From an uncultured Desulfobacteraceae bacterium (lineage in GTDB: Bacteria > Desulfobacterota > DSM-4660 > Desulfatiglandales > HGW-15), in contig CAYWMP010000004.1 in the NCBI GenBank assembly GCA_964459445.1, positions 14,469 to 78,468 on the forward strand: 64,000 nt of DNA. The letters are read 5' to 3'. The notes below the pieces were generated by a model. It was given only the letters and a program-made list of their open reading frames with translations. It was not told the origin of the DNA and made no database searches. Each line of letters starts with the position of its first letter. The stretch's first letter is position 1. The translations under genes and the position numbers were made by a program. Positions 39,806 to 48,508 of the stretch are shown piece by piece.

Positions 39806-40192
39806 ATGGACATAAAAAATGAACGGGTAGTGGCATACGGTATTGCGGTCGTTTTGTTTGTTGTCGGCGTGGTCTGTTACGCAGGCTTTCCGCCGGAGCC
39901 GCCGGAGGAGCCCATCAGGATCTATTTCACGAGTACCGCGGGGAATTTACTCTTTGACCATAAGGAACACACCTCGGAAGAGGGATATGGCTTTGATTGT
40001 GCTGAATGCCATCATAAGTGGGAGCAGGAAGAAGGCACCAAGCCCGAGGCATGTGGTAAATGTCATTTGGTTGAAAGTGAGAAGGAGGACGTACCAAAAC
40101 GGACCGACTCCTTTCACCAGCAATGCAAAGGGTGCCATGAGGAGGCTGAGGAGGGACCCATCGATTGTTTTGAATGCCATTTCAGCGGCTAA
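39806..40192 (+). CDS. Membrane-anchored tetraheme cytochrome c (c3 family)
   Basis: N-terminal TM helix and four CxxCH motifs: CAECH, CGKCH, CKGCH, CFECH. Confidence 0.85.
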   Translation: MDIKNERVVAYGIAVVLFVVGVVCYAGFPPEPPEEPIRIYFTSTAGNLLFDHKEHTSEEGYGFDCAECHHKWEQEEGTKPEACGKCHLVESEKEDVPKRTDSFHQQCKGCHEEAEEGPIDCFECHFSG

Positions 40193-40277
40193 ACCTTCCG
40201 CTACATGAATCAGGACAAACAGGCGCTATCTTGAATTGGATAGCGTAAATGTGAACGGTATAAAAGGAAGTGGAAGG

Positions 40278-40447
40278 AAATACGAATATCGAAATTCGAA
40301 ACCCGAAACAATATCGAAAAAGAAATGTTTAAAATCCAAAACAAACGGATTAATCCAATATAGTCTAGAAGAGCTTGCATGTTTTGGCCATTTAGAATTG
40401 GATCATTGGTATTTGTTTCGTATTTCGAGTTTCGAATTTCGGATTTG
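40278..40447. repeat. Stutter-word hairpin (cgaaat/atttcg words) between the cytochrome c gene and rnfC
   Basis: Perfect 13-bp core 40290-40302 (cgaaattcgaaac) / 40429-40441 (gtttcgaatttcg), with degenerate flanking arms. Confidence 0.7.
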
Positions 40448-40538
40448 TGGTCAAGAAACCTCTGACCAACTTTGATTAAGTGCCAAATGTATGTTTGATG
40501 CTCCTGAGTTTTAAGGGAGCCGCGTCCAGGAGGAATAG

Positions 40539-41798
40539 ATGATAAAAAGACCATTCTTCTCCCTAACTAAAACCAGGATAGAATATCCAGCCCTAAAGGA
40601 GCCCTACGAGGAAACTGCCATCGAGATCCCTTTACCCAAAAGGGCGGCATTGTTTCTTGAAGATCCCGGCACGGCACTGACTGATCTTCATCTAAAGGAG
40701 GGTGATAGGGTAAGGACAGGGCAAAGAATAAAACTCTTTGAGGGGGAGCAAGAGCATTTTGTTTCAACGGTAACCGGAACCGTTTTTTCTATTGAACGAC
40801 AAACCGGATACCTGAAGCAACCCTATATAGAAATAACCATTGATGTAGATGACGATGAATGGGATGAAGAGTTCAATCAAGAGGACCAGACATTAAGCCT
40901 AACCCTTTCCGGCTTGCCCATCTTTGCCGATCTGTTCGAGCCCCAATCCTCTCTGAAGACGATTATCATCTGCGGCATCGATCGAGAACCCCTTGTTAGG
41001 ACCAATCAGATCACTGTGCTCCAGGAATTTGAGCTTTTAAAGGACGGCATTGATTATCTGAAAGGCGCAGTAAACGGAAGCCGGATTATCCTCATAGTTC
41101 CGGCGCACATAGAGTTTATGGGACAGCAATCGGGGGTCGAGGTGCAGGCGTTAAACCCTCTTTATCCCAATGCCCTGCCTGAATTGGTTGTTAAAGCGAT
41201 TCTGGGTAGGGAGGTGCCTGCCGGCAAGTGTCCAGAAGACATCGGGGTCAAGTTTGTCAGCGCGGATGCGGTAGTCAAACTTGCGAAAGCCCTTAAGGAT
41301 GGCGAAATGCCTGTTCACCAGAGGCTCACGGTGATCGACAAGAAAGGCAACACCTTTCTGGTAAAGGCCCGGATCGGAACGCCCGTGCAGGATATCCTTG
41401 AAAACCTTCAAATTGAAACGGCCCATGGAGACAGACTTATCCTGGGTGGCCCCATGTCCGGAAAACCCATATTATCTGAGGATTTTCCCGTGCTTCAGGG
41501 CATGAACGCCGTCATGGTCCAGGATAGGAGCGAGATCATATTGAGCACCGACACCCACTGTGTGAACTGCGGGGAGTGCGTGAGGGCCTGTCCTGCTAAG
41601 ATTCCGGTCAATATGTTGGTGCGACTCCTAGAAAACGGGCTCTTTGAAGAGGCGGCCGATCAGTATGACATGTTGTCCTGTATTGAATGCGGGCTTTGCA
41701 GCTACGTGTGCACCGCGCGGATACCAATATTTCATCACATCACGCTCGGCAAGTATGAGTTGTTGCAGATAAGAACTGCGGAGGAAGCCAATGCTTAA
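40539..41798 (+). CDS. rnfC: RnfC-like subunit lacking the flavin/NADH glycine-rich loop
   Basis: N-terminal barrel GDRVRTGQRI, SLBB-like RLTVIDKKG..ARIGTPVQDIL, LILGGPMSG, CVNCGECVRACP and CIECGLCSYVC. No GGxGAGFP-type motif is present. Confidence 0.75.
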   Translation: MIKRPFFSLTKTRIEYPALKEPYEETAIEIPLPKRAALFLEDPGTALTDLHLKEGDRVRTGQRIKLFEGEQEHFVSTVTGTVFSIERQTGYLKQPYIEITIDVDDDEWDEEFNQEDQTLSLTLSGLPIFADLFEPQSSLKTIIICGIDREPLVRTNQITVLQEFELLKDGIDYLKGAVNGSRIILIVPAHIEFMGQQSGVEVQALNPLYPNALPELVVKAILGREVPAGKCPEDIGVKFVSADAVVKLAKALKDGEMPVHQRLTVIDKKGNTFLVKARIGTPVQDILENLQIETAHGDRLILGGPMSGKPILSEDFPVLQGMNAVMVQDRSEIILSTDTHCVNCGECVRACPAKIPVNMLVRLLENGLFEEAADQYDMLSCIECGLCSYVCTARIPIFHHITLGKYELLQIRTAEEANA

Positions 41799-42759
41799 TC
41801 AGAAGTTGTTGCTGGGATCCCACGCCCCCTACTGGCATAACGGGAGCAGCGTAACTGAAAAGAACTACCATATCATGGTGGCAGCCCTTCCGGCCGTCAT
41901 CGTGGGCATTATCCAATATGGTTTCCCGGCCCTTGCGGTCGTGGCCCTATCGGTCTCAAGCGCCATGTTATGGGAACTCCTTATGAACGTCATAATGCGC
42001 CGATCCCATACCATTGGGGATTACAATGCGGCACTGATCGGACTTCTGTTCGGTATGCTGATGCCTGCAACTATTCCCTGGTGGGCTGTCCTGGCCGGGA
42101 CCTTTGTGGCCGTCATCATAGGCGTGCAAATTTACGGCGGGATCGGATGTAATCCCCTTAATCCGACTTTGGTTGCCGTGGCTATGCTGATTCTATCCTG
42201 GAAATCTCTATTGGATTTCAACGGCATGCTGGCGGATTATGAGTTCGCATTTCCCATGCTCTATCCCCTGTCGGCGGTGAAGTACTTTGGGGCTGATGCT
42301 GCTGTAAATTACAGTACAATCGATTTGCTTCTTGGACAACAAGCAGGAGGGATAGGCGCCACATTCGGGCTGGGCCTTCTTATTGGCGGTATATATTTGA
42401 TCCTCAGAGGCTTCATCAGGTGGGAAATCAGCCTGTCATTCCTCGTCGGCCTGTTCATAACCGCCCTCGTCTTTAATATCGCGAGCCCCGATAAATATGC
42501 CGGCCCCATGTTTCATATCCTGACCGGGTATACATTAATCAGCGCCTTTTTTCTCCTTACCGAGGATTCATCATCACCCGTCAACTTCATCCCCATGTTG
42601 ATTTATGGGGCACTGGCCGGTGTCCTGACCGTTCTTATTCGCAACATTGGGGCCTTTGTAGATGGTGCGGTTTTCGCCGTGCTTATTGTAAATATTGCCA
42701 ACCCGGTATTAGATAAAATCAGACCAAGAGCGCTAGGAAAGGGAGCAGAACATGCGTGA
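41791..42759 (+). CDS. rnfD: Rnf complex subunit D
   Basis: Polytopic membrane protein with ..GQQAGGIGATFGLGLLIGGIYLI... Position in the cluster fits rnfD. Confidence 0.85.
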   Translation: MLNQKLLLGSHAPYWHNGSSVTEKNYHIMVAALPAVIVGIIQYGFPALAVVALSVSSAMLWELLMNVIMRRSHTIGDYNAALIGLLFGMLMPATIPWWAVLAGTFVAVIIGVQIYGGIGCNPLNPTLVAVAMLILSWKSLLDFNGMLADYEFAFPMLYPLSAVKYFGADAAVNYSTIDLLLGQQAGGIGATFGLGLLIGGIYLILRGFIRWEISLSFLVGLFITALVFNIASPDKYAGPMFHILTGYTLISAFFLLTEDSSSPVNFIPMLIYGALAGVLTVLIRNIGAFVDGAVFAVLIVNIANPVLDKIRPRALGKGAEHA

Positions 42760-43345
42760 TATGGCAAAACTCTTCGTTACGGTAGCCATTTTCAGCTGTA
42801 TTGCAGGCGGGTTGCTGGCTGCTGTTCAGGGTGGGACAAAGGAACGGATTGAGTTGCAGGTCCTCAAATTCGTCCAGGGACCGACAATCCAGGAAATACT
42901 TGAGGGATGTTCCAATGACCCACTCATCGATCGGTTCAAGATCCTTGACGGAGAAGAGGAGCGAAACTTCTTTGTGGGTGTTTTCGACGGCAAGCCGAAC
43001 GTCGTGGCCTTTGAATCAGTCGGAAAGGGATTCGGCGGCGATTTAGGCGTTATGGTGGCGATTAATTTGGAAGATGACAATATCGTTGGCATTGGCGTGA
43101 CTACCCATAGTGAAACACCCGGGGTGGGATCGCTGGCCAAGACGGATCCGGATTTCAAGGGGCAGTTTCAAGGTAGATCGATAAAGAACCCCTTTAAGGT
43201 GAAGAGCGACGGCGGAGACGTGGATGCCGTCAGCGGGGCCACTATTTCTTCACGAGGAGTCTGTGCTGCGGTGATGGCCACGGCGGCAGTCTATGAGCGG
43301 TTGAAAAAAGAAATCGTTGAAAAGGCAAAGGCCTTAAGCGCATAG
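42752..43345 (+). CDS. rnfG: Rnf complex subunit G (FMN-binding)
   Basis: N-terminal TM helix, ETPGVG, and the flavinylation motif VDAVSGATISS. Confidence 0.85.
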   Translation: MRDMAKLFVTVAIFSCIAGGLLAAVQGGTKERIELQVLKFVQGPTIQEILEGCSNDPLIDRFKILDGEEERNFFVGVFDGKPNVVAFESVGKGFGGDLGVMVAINLEDDNIVGIGVTTHSETPGVGSLAKTDPDFKGQFQGRSIKNPFKVKSDGGDVDAVSGATISSRGVCAAVMATAAVYERLKKEIVEKAKALSA

Positions 43346-43359
43346 GGAGATAAAGGAAT

Positions 43360-43971
43360 ATGGCAAAAAGTGTTGCTCAGGAATTTACAAAGGGACTGTG
43401 GGCCGAGATACCCCCGTTTCGCCTAGTGCTGGGCTTATGCCCCGTTTTGGCCGTTACCAAGACATTAGAAAATGGCGTGGGTATGGGCGTAGCCACCACC
43501 TTTGTGTTGGTTTGTTCCAATATACTGATCTCATTGCTAAGGAATTCTATCCCAAAGCAAGTAAGGATAGCCTGTTTCATTATAGTAATTGCCACCTTTG
43601 TGACCGTTGTTGAGCTATTGATGCAGGCCTTTACCTATCCTCTATTTCTCAAATTGGGGATCTTTATTCCCCTAATTGTCGTGAACTGTATTGTTCTGGG
43701 TCGCGCTGAGGCCTTCGCATCGAAAAACGGGGTTGTCGCGTCCCTTGCTGATGGGCTTGGAATCGGTGTGGGTTTTACGCTTTCCCTGTCTGCTTTGTCC
43801 GTTTTCAGGGAGGTGCTCGGAAGTGGAACCTTGACAATGCCAGGCACAGGAACCGCCTACACCCTGTTCGGCTCCTCCTTTGAGCCCTTTTCGTTCATGG
43901 TCGAGGCGCCGGGGGCCTTTGTGTGCCTTGGATTGATGCTGTGTATGATGAATATGCTTGGAAAAAAGTAG
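43360..43971 (+). CDS. rnfE: Rnf complex subunit E
   Basis: LGLCPVLAVT..FIPLIVVNCIVLGRAEAFA. Confidence 0.85.
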   Translation: MAKSVAQEFTKGLWAEIPPFRLVLGLCPVLAVTKTLENGVGMGVATTFVLVCSNILISLLRNSIPKQVRIACFIIVIATFVTVVELLMQAFTYPLFLKLGIFIPLIVVNCIVLGRAEAFASKNGVVASLADGLGIGVGFTLSLSALSVFREVLGSGTLTMPGTGTAYTLFGSSFEPFSFMVEAPGAFVCLGLMLCMMNMLGKK

Positions 43972-44009
43972 GCACGATATTTTCTAGCGACAGGATAAGG
44001 AGATATTAA

Positions 44010-44585
44010 ATGGGCGACATGTTTTTGCTTTTCATAAGTTGCATCTTTGTGAACAACATCCTCCTTATGCAGTATCTGGGGAATTGCCCTTTTCTTGGTG
44101 TCTCCAAGAAGATGGAAACGGCATTGGGCATGGCCATGGCTGTTATATTCGTTCTGGTCATGGCGGGCGCGATTACCTGGATTACGAACACCTTTTTATT
44201 GAAACCCTTTGGGTTTGAATATCTGAGGACCCTTGCCTTTATTCTCGTAATCGCATCGCTCGTGCAATTTGTCGAGATGTTCCTGAAAAAGAGCATTCCC
44301 GCTCTATATGCAGGCCTCGGCATATTCTTGCCCCTTATCACGACAAACTGTGCGGTCATGGGCGTTTGTCTCATCAATATCAAAGAGGAATACGATTTTG
44401 TCCAGGCCCTGGTTTCTTCTTTTAGCTATGCGGTGGGATTTGGATTGGCGTTGGTTCTTTTTGCGGCGGTTCGCGAAAGGATCATCCTGGCCCGTGTTCC
44501 AAAGCCATTACAGGATACTTCAATCGGATTGGTGTCCGCAGGGATGATGTCCCTGGCATTTTTTGCCTTCAAAGGCATGGTATAG
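44010..44585 (+). CDS. rnfA: Rnf complex subunit A
   Basis: LGNCPFLGVS..FLPLITTNCAVMGV. Confidence 0.85.
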   Translation: MGDMFLLFISCIFVNNILLMQYLGNCPFLGVSKKMETALGMAMAVIFVLVMAGAITWITNTFLLKPFGFEYLRTLAFILVIASLVQFVEMFLKKSIPALYAGLGIFLPLITTNCAVMGVCLINIKEEYDFVQALVSSFSYAVGFGLALVLFAAVRERIILARVPKPLQDTSIGLVSAGMMSLAFFAFKGMV

Positions 44586-44603
44586 TTATCGCGTAAGAAG
44601 GGT

Positions 44604-44706
44604 ATTCGGTTTTAAAACCCGACCTGTTCAGTTAAGTTTAGTTAAGGTTGAGTGGTTCAACTTTCCCGTTTGAAAATTGTTATACCATTTGAACCCTGAA
44701 CCGAAT
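44604..44706. repeat. Nested inverted repeats in the rnfA-rnfB spacer
   Basis: attcggtt 44604-44611 / aaccgaat 44699-44706, plus inner ggttcaa 44654-44660 / ttgaacc 44689-44695. Confidence 0.5.
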
Positions 44707-44724
44707 GAAATCGGAGGTTTTTGA

Positions 44725-46803
44725 ATGTTAGGTGGATTTTTGATCATGGGAGGCTTGGGGATCTTTGTGGGTGTAGGATTGGCCCTGGCTTCAAAAATTT
44801 TCTACGTCTATGTTGACCCCAAGATCGAAGCGGTAGAAGAGGCGTTGCCTGGGGCCAATTGCGGTGGGTGCGGCCTGCCGGGATGTAGCGCAAATGCAGT
44901 AGCCGTGGTTGCCGGGCAGGCAGCGGCTACTTCATGTGTTGCCGGCGGCCCGGAAGTCGCCGAGCAGATCGCCGCTATCATGGGCGTAAAAATCGAGGCA
45001 AAGGAACCCGATATCGCAAGACCGGGATGCACCTACGGATTCCAGGATGCTGACCTGAAATATCTTTATGACGGGGTCAGAGATTGCAGGGCCGCCGCCC
45101 TCCTGAGCGGAGGCACAAAGGTGTGCCCCATAGGGTGCCTGGGACTGGGGACGTGCGCTAGGGCATGCCCCTTTGATGCCCTTTCAATGGGACCCGACAA
45201 CCTCCCGGTAGTTAACCTTGAGCGTTGCACCGGGTGCGGCACATGCGAACGTATCTGCCCTAAAGATATTATCACCCTGAGTTCCAATACCAGACGCTTT
45301 CAAGGAGAATATACCACGGATGAGTGTACGGCCCCCTGTCAGCGGGCTTGCCCTGCGGGAATCGAAATTCCGGTTTACATCAAACAGGTCAAAGAAGGAG
45401 ATTATCTCGGGGCTGTTCGGACCATCAAAGAAACGAATCCCTTTCCCTTGGTATGCGGAAGGGTTTGTGTGCATCCCTGTGAATATGAGTGTCGTCGAAA
45501 CCTGGTTGATGAACCGGTGGCTATCAACTATTTGAAGCGTTTTGCATCTGACTATGAAATGACCTCCGGCCAGAGGGTCCAGGTCCCTCGGGCGCCTGAA
45601 TCAGGGCTAAGCGTTGCCGTAGTTGGGGGAGGGGCTGAAGGATTGACTGCTGCCTATTTCTTAAATCGTCTCGGCCATGAGGCCGCTGTTTACGAAGCAT
45701 CTTCACAGCTCGGCGGGCTGTTGCGTTCGGGCATTCAAGAGAATAGACTCCCGCGGGATGTCCTGGACTATGAGATTGGCGGTATCCTTGAAGCGGGGGT
45801 CCAGGCCAAGACCAACCAAAAACTCGGGAAAGACTTTACCCTAGAGTCCCTGTTGAAGGAGGGCAATGCAGCGGTTTTGATCGCGATCGGTGGATGGGAC
45901 TCACAATTATCGGAAAGGGTTGAAGCAGGTAAACCGGTTCAAGTTTTGCCGGGCTTCATGCTCTTGATTGATTTTATCATGTACCAAAGGGCCGGTAATG
46001 GCCCTGCCATCGGAAACCATGTCATGATACTCGGTGGAGGAAACGCCGCTCTGGAGGCCGCCTTTACTTGCCTCAAGACGGGAGCGGAGAGCGTGGATAT
46101 CGTTTTTAGGGGTTCTCCCAACAAAACCCAAATCCCGAAGGATGAGTTGAAAAAGGCCGAAGATCAAGGCATTCGGTTACATTTCAATAGCGCTCTGACC
46201 AGGATGATGGGAGAAGACTCCAAACTCACGCATGTGGAGATTGCCCGGATTTCGGAGGAACAAGAGCTAACGGAAGATGGGGAGAAGCAAACCCTTCCTG
46301 TGGATATCCTGCTCACGGGTGCAGGGCGATTCCCGGAACTCATCTATGTGCCGCGACGGGGCGAGGGTGAAGAGGAAAGCGAGCCAGGCAAGGGTCATTT
46401 GCTTTGGGAAACCCTGCCGCCCTATGCGAGTCCTTACGCCGATAACGATATCGGAATCTTTCGCCCAGGGGAAGTAACCGGGGACTATAAGGCGGTCGTC
46501 GAAGCCATTGGCGCGGGAAGAAGGGCCGCAAGCTCGGTTAACCATTTTCTAAATGGCGAACCCTTGAAGGCGCCGGATCACATGATTCGGAAATATACAG
46601 AAGTTCTTAACGTTATTGAGCTTGAGCCGGTCCCAAAGTCTACCAGACAGGAAATGCCTGCAAGAGAACAGGAATTGCAGATCTCCGATCCTTCGGCCGA
46701 GATCGAGTTGGGTTATTCGGATAGTCAGGCTATTAAAGAGGCGGATCGATGTTTGCAATGCGGGCTGATTTGTTATCGTCGGGTGAGCGGGGATTTACAC
46801 TAG
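44725..46803 (+). CDS. rnfB: RnfB fused to a GltD-like NAD(P)H:FAD oxidoreductase module
   Basis: RnfB N-terminus (TM helix, ANCGGCGLPGCSANA, CPIGCLGLGTCARACP, CTGCGTCERICP). Then the GltD signature CQRACPAGIEIP..NPFPLVCGRVCVHPCEYEC, VAVVGGGAEGLTAAY and VMILGGGNAALEAA. Confidence 0.8.
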   Translation: MLGGFLIMGGLGIFVGVGLALASKIFYVYVDPKIEAVEEALPGANCGGCGLPGCSANAVAVVAGQAAATSCVAGGPEVAEQIAAIMGVKIEAKEPDIARPGCTYGFQDADLKYLYDGVRDCRAAALLSGGTKVCPIGCLGLGTCARACPFDALSMGPDNLPVVNLERCTGCGTCERICPKDIITLSSNTRRFQGEYTTDECTAPCQRACPAGIEIPVYIKQVKEGDYLGAVRTIKETNPFPLVCGRVCVHPCEYECRRNLVDEPVAINYLKRFASDYEMTSGQRVQVPRAPESGLSVAVVGGGAEGLTAAYFLNRLGHEAAVYEASSQLGGLLRSGIQENRLPRDVLDYEIGGILEAGVQAKTNQKLGKDFTLESLLKEGNAAVLIAIGGWDSQLSERVEAGKPVQVLPGFMLLIDFIMYQRAGNGPAIGNHVMILGGGNAALEAAFTCLKTGAESVDIVFRGSPNKTQIPKDELKKAEDQGIRLHFNSALTRMMGEDSKLTHVEIARISEEQELTEDGEKQTLPVDILLTGAGRFPELIYVPRRGEGEEESEPGKGHLLWETLPPYASPYADNDIGIFRPGEVTGDYKAVVEAIGAGRRAASSVNHFLNGEPLKAPDHMIRKYTEVLNVIELEPVPKSTRQEMPAREQELQISDPSAEIELGYSDSQAIKEADRCLQCGLICYRRVSGDLH

Positions 46804-46913
46804 GGAAGCGAAGCTCCGCCTCAAGTCTTATGCCCACCTTCAGCGACGAAAGTCGTCAAATAATCTATCTTTTTGGTTTCAAGTTTCGGGTTTCAGGAAA
46901 GCAACGGCTGACA

Positions 46914-46992
46914 CCTCGTATCTGACTAAGCAACGCTGGAGTCAGTTTTTTGATCAAACTGGCCGCTTAGGCGGCCAGAGGCGGCGCTGAAC
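46914..46992 (+). repeat. 79-bp perfect repeat, copy 2, between convergent rnfB and rseC-like genes
   Basis: Identical to 12267-12345. Hairpin plus T6 at 46922-46951; GC-rich hairpin at 46959-46978. ctgacacct occurs at 46908-46916 and again at 46994-47002. Confidence 0.9.
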
Positions 46993-47063
46993 ACTGACAC
47001 CTATTCTCTTTTTTCATCCAGCGTCCAAGAACCGGCATCGCGTATCAACTAGTGCACGAAACT

Positions 47064-47534
47064 TCAAGCCTTGTCTTTTTGCCCATCCCTGATCCGCCCT
47101 GATGTCCTAGAGACGATCCGAGTCATTTGAGGGAGATACTCGGATTTGCCCTGAGCGGCTCGATCTATCCATTTGAGCGCATAAAACGTCAACCCAACAG
47201 CAAGGGCCCCGCCAAATAGTGAAGCCAGGTGGGGATGTATTTGAAAATATTCCGCCCATTCTCTTCCAAGGTAAGCGCCGATGATAAGCGTAATAATGGG
47301 CAGGATATAAACGAGCAATGAAAGTTTTATTAAAGATCGGGTGGGCACGGTGATCTCCACACGATCCCCTTCCTTTGCATGAAGATTATTTTTCACTTCA
47401 ATCAGCATTTCCGAATCACTTAGGCTGCGGCAGGCGCCACGGGATGAACACCTTGAGCAGGCACCGCTCTTTTGGATGCGCACCTCGGCCTTCATCCCTG
47501 ATATACCTTCTATAATTCCCTGTTCAGTGCTCAT
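47064..47534 (-). CDS. RseC/MucC-family protein (SoxR-reducing system type)
   Basis: ..AEVRIQKSGACSRCSSRGAC.. followed by two TM helices. Confidence 0.7.
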   Translation of the reverse strand: MSTEQGIIEGISGMKAEVRIQKSGACSRCSSRGACRSLSDSEMLIEVKNNLHAKEGDRVEITVPTRSLIKLSLLVYILPIITLIIGAYLGREWAEYFQIHPHLASLFGGALAVGLTFYALKWIDRAAQGKSEYLPQMTRIVSRTSGRIRDGQKDKA

Positions 47535-48508
47535 TACTCAACCATGTAACGCTTGAATTCCTTTTTTTTACCGACAACAATGTCACGCTGTCGGTTTCCA
47601 TCATGTCCCGATACATTGATCATTATGCGATCTCCCCCATTTGCGTCGCTATATGAGGCGGTAATCGCAGCAGCCAAACTCTCATCTTCCGGCGAGGCCT
47701 CACCGAGTATCAACGCGGTGGGCCCAGGTATAGGTTCCGTACTGAGGAGATAATCGTATCCTCTGGACCATCCCCTGATTGCTTCATTCTCCTGTTTGTT
47801 TCGACCCACAATCAGTTTTGAGTGGGGGTTGATACGGAAATGACGTCCGAGCTTCAGCAGTTCGATCTCGCGTATATCGGGAAAGGGGTTGGCCGAAATT
47901 AAATCCTTTAGTCTTCGGGAGAATCGCGGATCAGTCAGCAAACAGCCTCCGGCAGGGGTCGGATATTTTGCTACGCCCAATTCCCTAGCGAGGGCCATCT
48001 GAGGCTTTCGAGAACGACCTGAGAAATCCATGAGTTTTTCCCTGTCGACCCACCCTTTTTCTTCTGGGATTGTGATGGGAAGACGTTTAGCGGAGAGCGG
48101 TCTCAGGATGAGCCCTGGATAACCGCTTTCTTTGGCTACAACAGAAAGGGCCTGTTTGTTCTGAGACATCGGTCTCTGCCCAAGGACTTCGCCGGTGACG
48201 ATAAAGCGGGCTTCTTCTTCCTCCAGGAGATCGCCCGCATGACGTATCATCAAGGCATGGCAGTCTATGCACGGATTCAAGTTGCCGCCATACCCGTGTT
48301 TTGGATCCTTAACGACATCAAAATGCGGTTTTGTGAGATCAATTACTTTGAAAGGCAAGTCCAGGCTGGCTGCAGAAATTTTTGGTTTCGCGGATGAAAA
48401 AAAGGGTGTTTCAAAAAAAAGGGCCAGGACATCAATCCCCTGGGCCTTTATGAGTTGCGAGGAGAGCATACTGTCGAGCCCCCCTGAAAAAACGCACAAC
48501 GCTTTCAC
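47534..48508 (-). CDS. PP-loop ATP pyrophosphatase family protein (ThiI/MnmA-like tRNA thiolation enzyme)
   Basis: ALCVFSGGLDS PP-loop, NPCIDCH, and TGEVLGQRPMSQ. Confidence 0.6.
   Translation of the reverse strand: MKALCVFSGGLDSMLSSQLIKAQGIDVLALFFETPFFSSAKPKISAASLDLPFKVIDLTKPHFDVVKDPKHGYGGNLNPCIDCHALMIRHAGDLLEEEEARFIVTGEVLGQRPMSQNKQALSVVAKESGYPGLILRPLSAKRLPITIPEEKGWVDREKLMDFSGRSRKPQMALARELGVAKYPTPAGGCLLTDPRFSRRLKDLISANPFPDIREIELLKLGRHFRINPHSKLIVGRNKQENEAIRGWSRGYDYLLSTEPIPGPTALILGEASPEDESLAAAITASYSDANGGDRIMINVSGHDGNRQRDIVVGKKKEFKRYMVE

Noticed and set aside
40210-40554. 114-aa minus-strand ORF and the 79-aa plus-strand ORF (40236-40475) in the cytochrome c-rnfC spacer.
   Set aside because: Their sequences are simply translations of the cgaaat/atttcg stutter arms (e.g. 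ISNFDIRISF, FRISSFEFRI). There is no RBS or domain signal.
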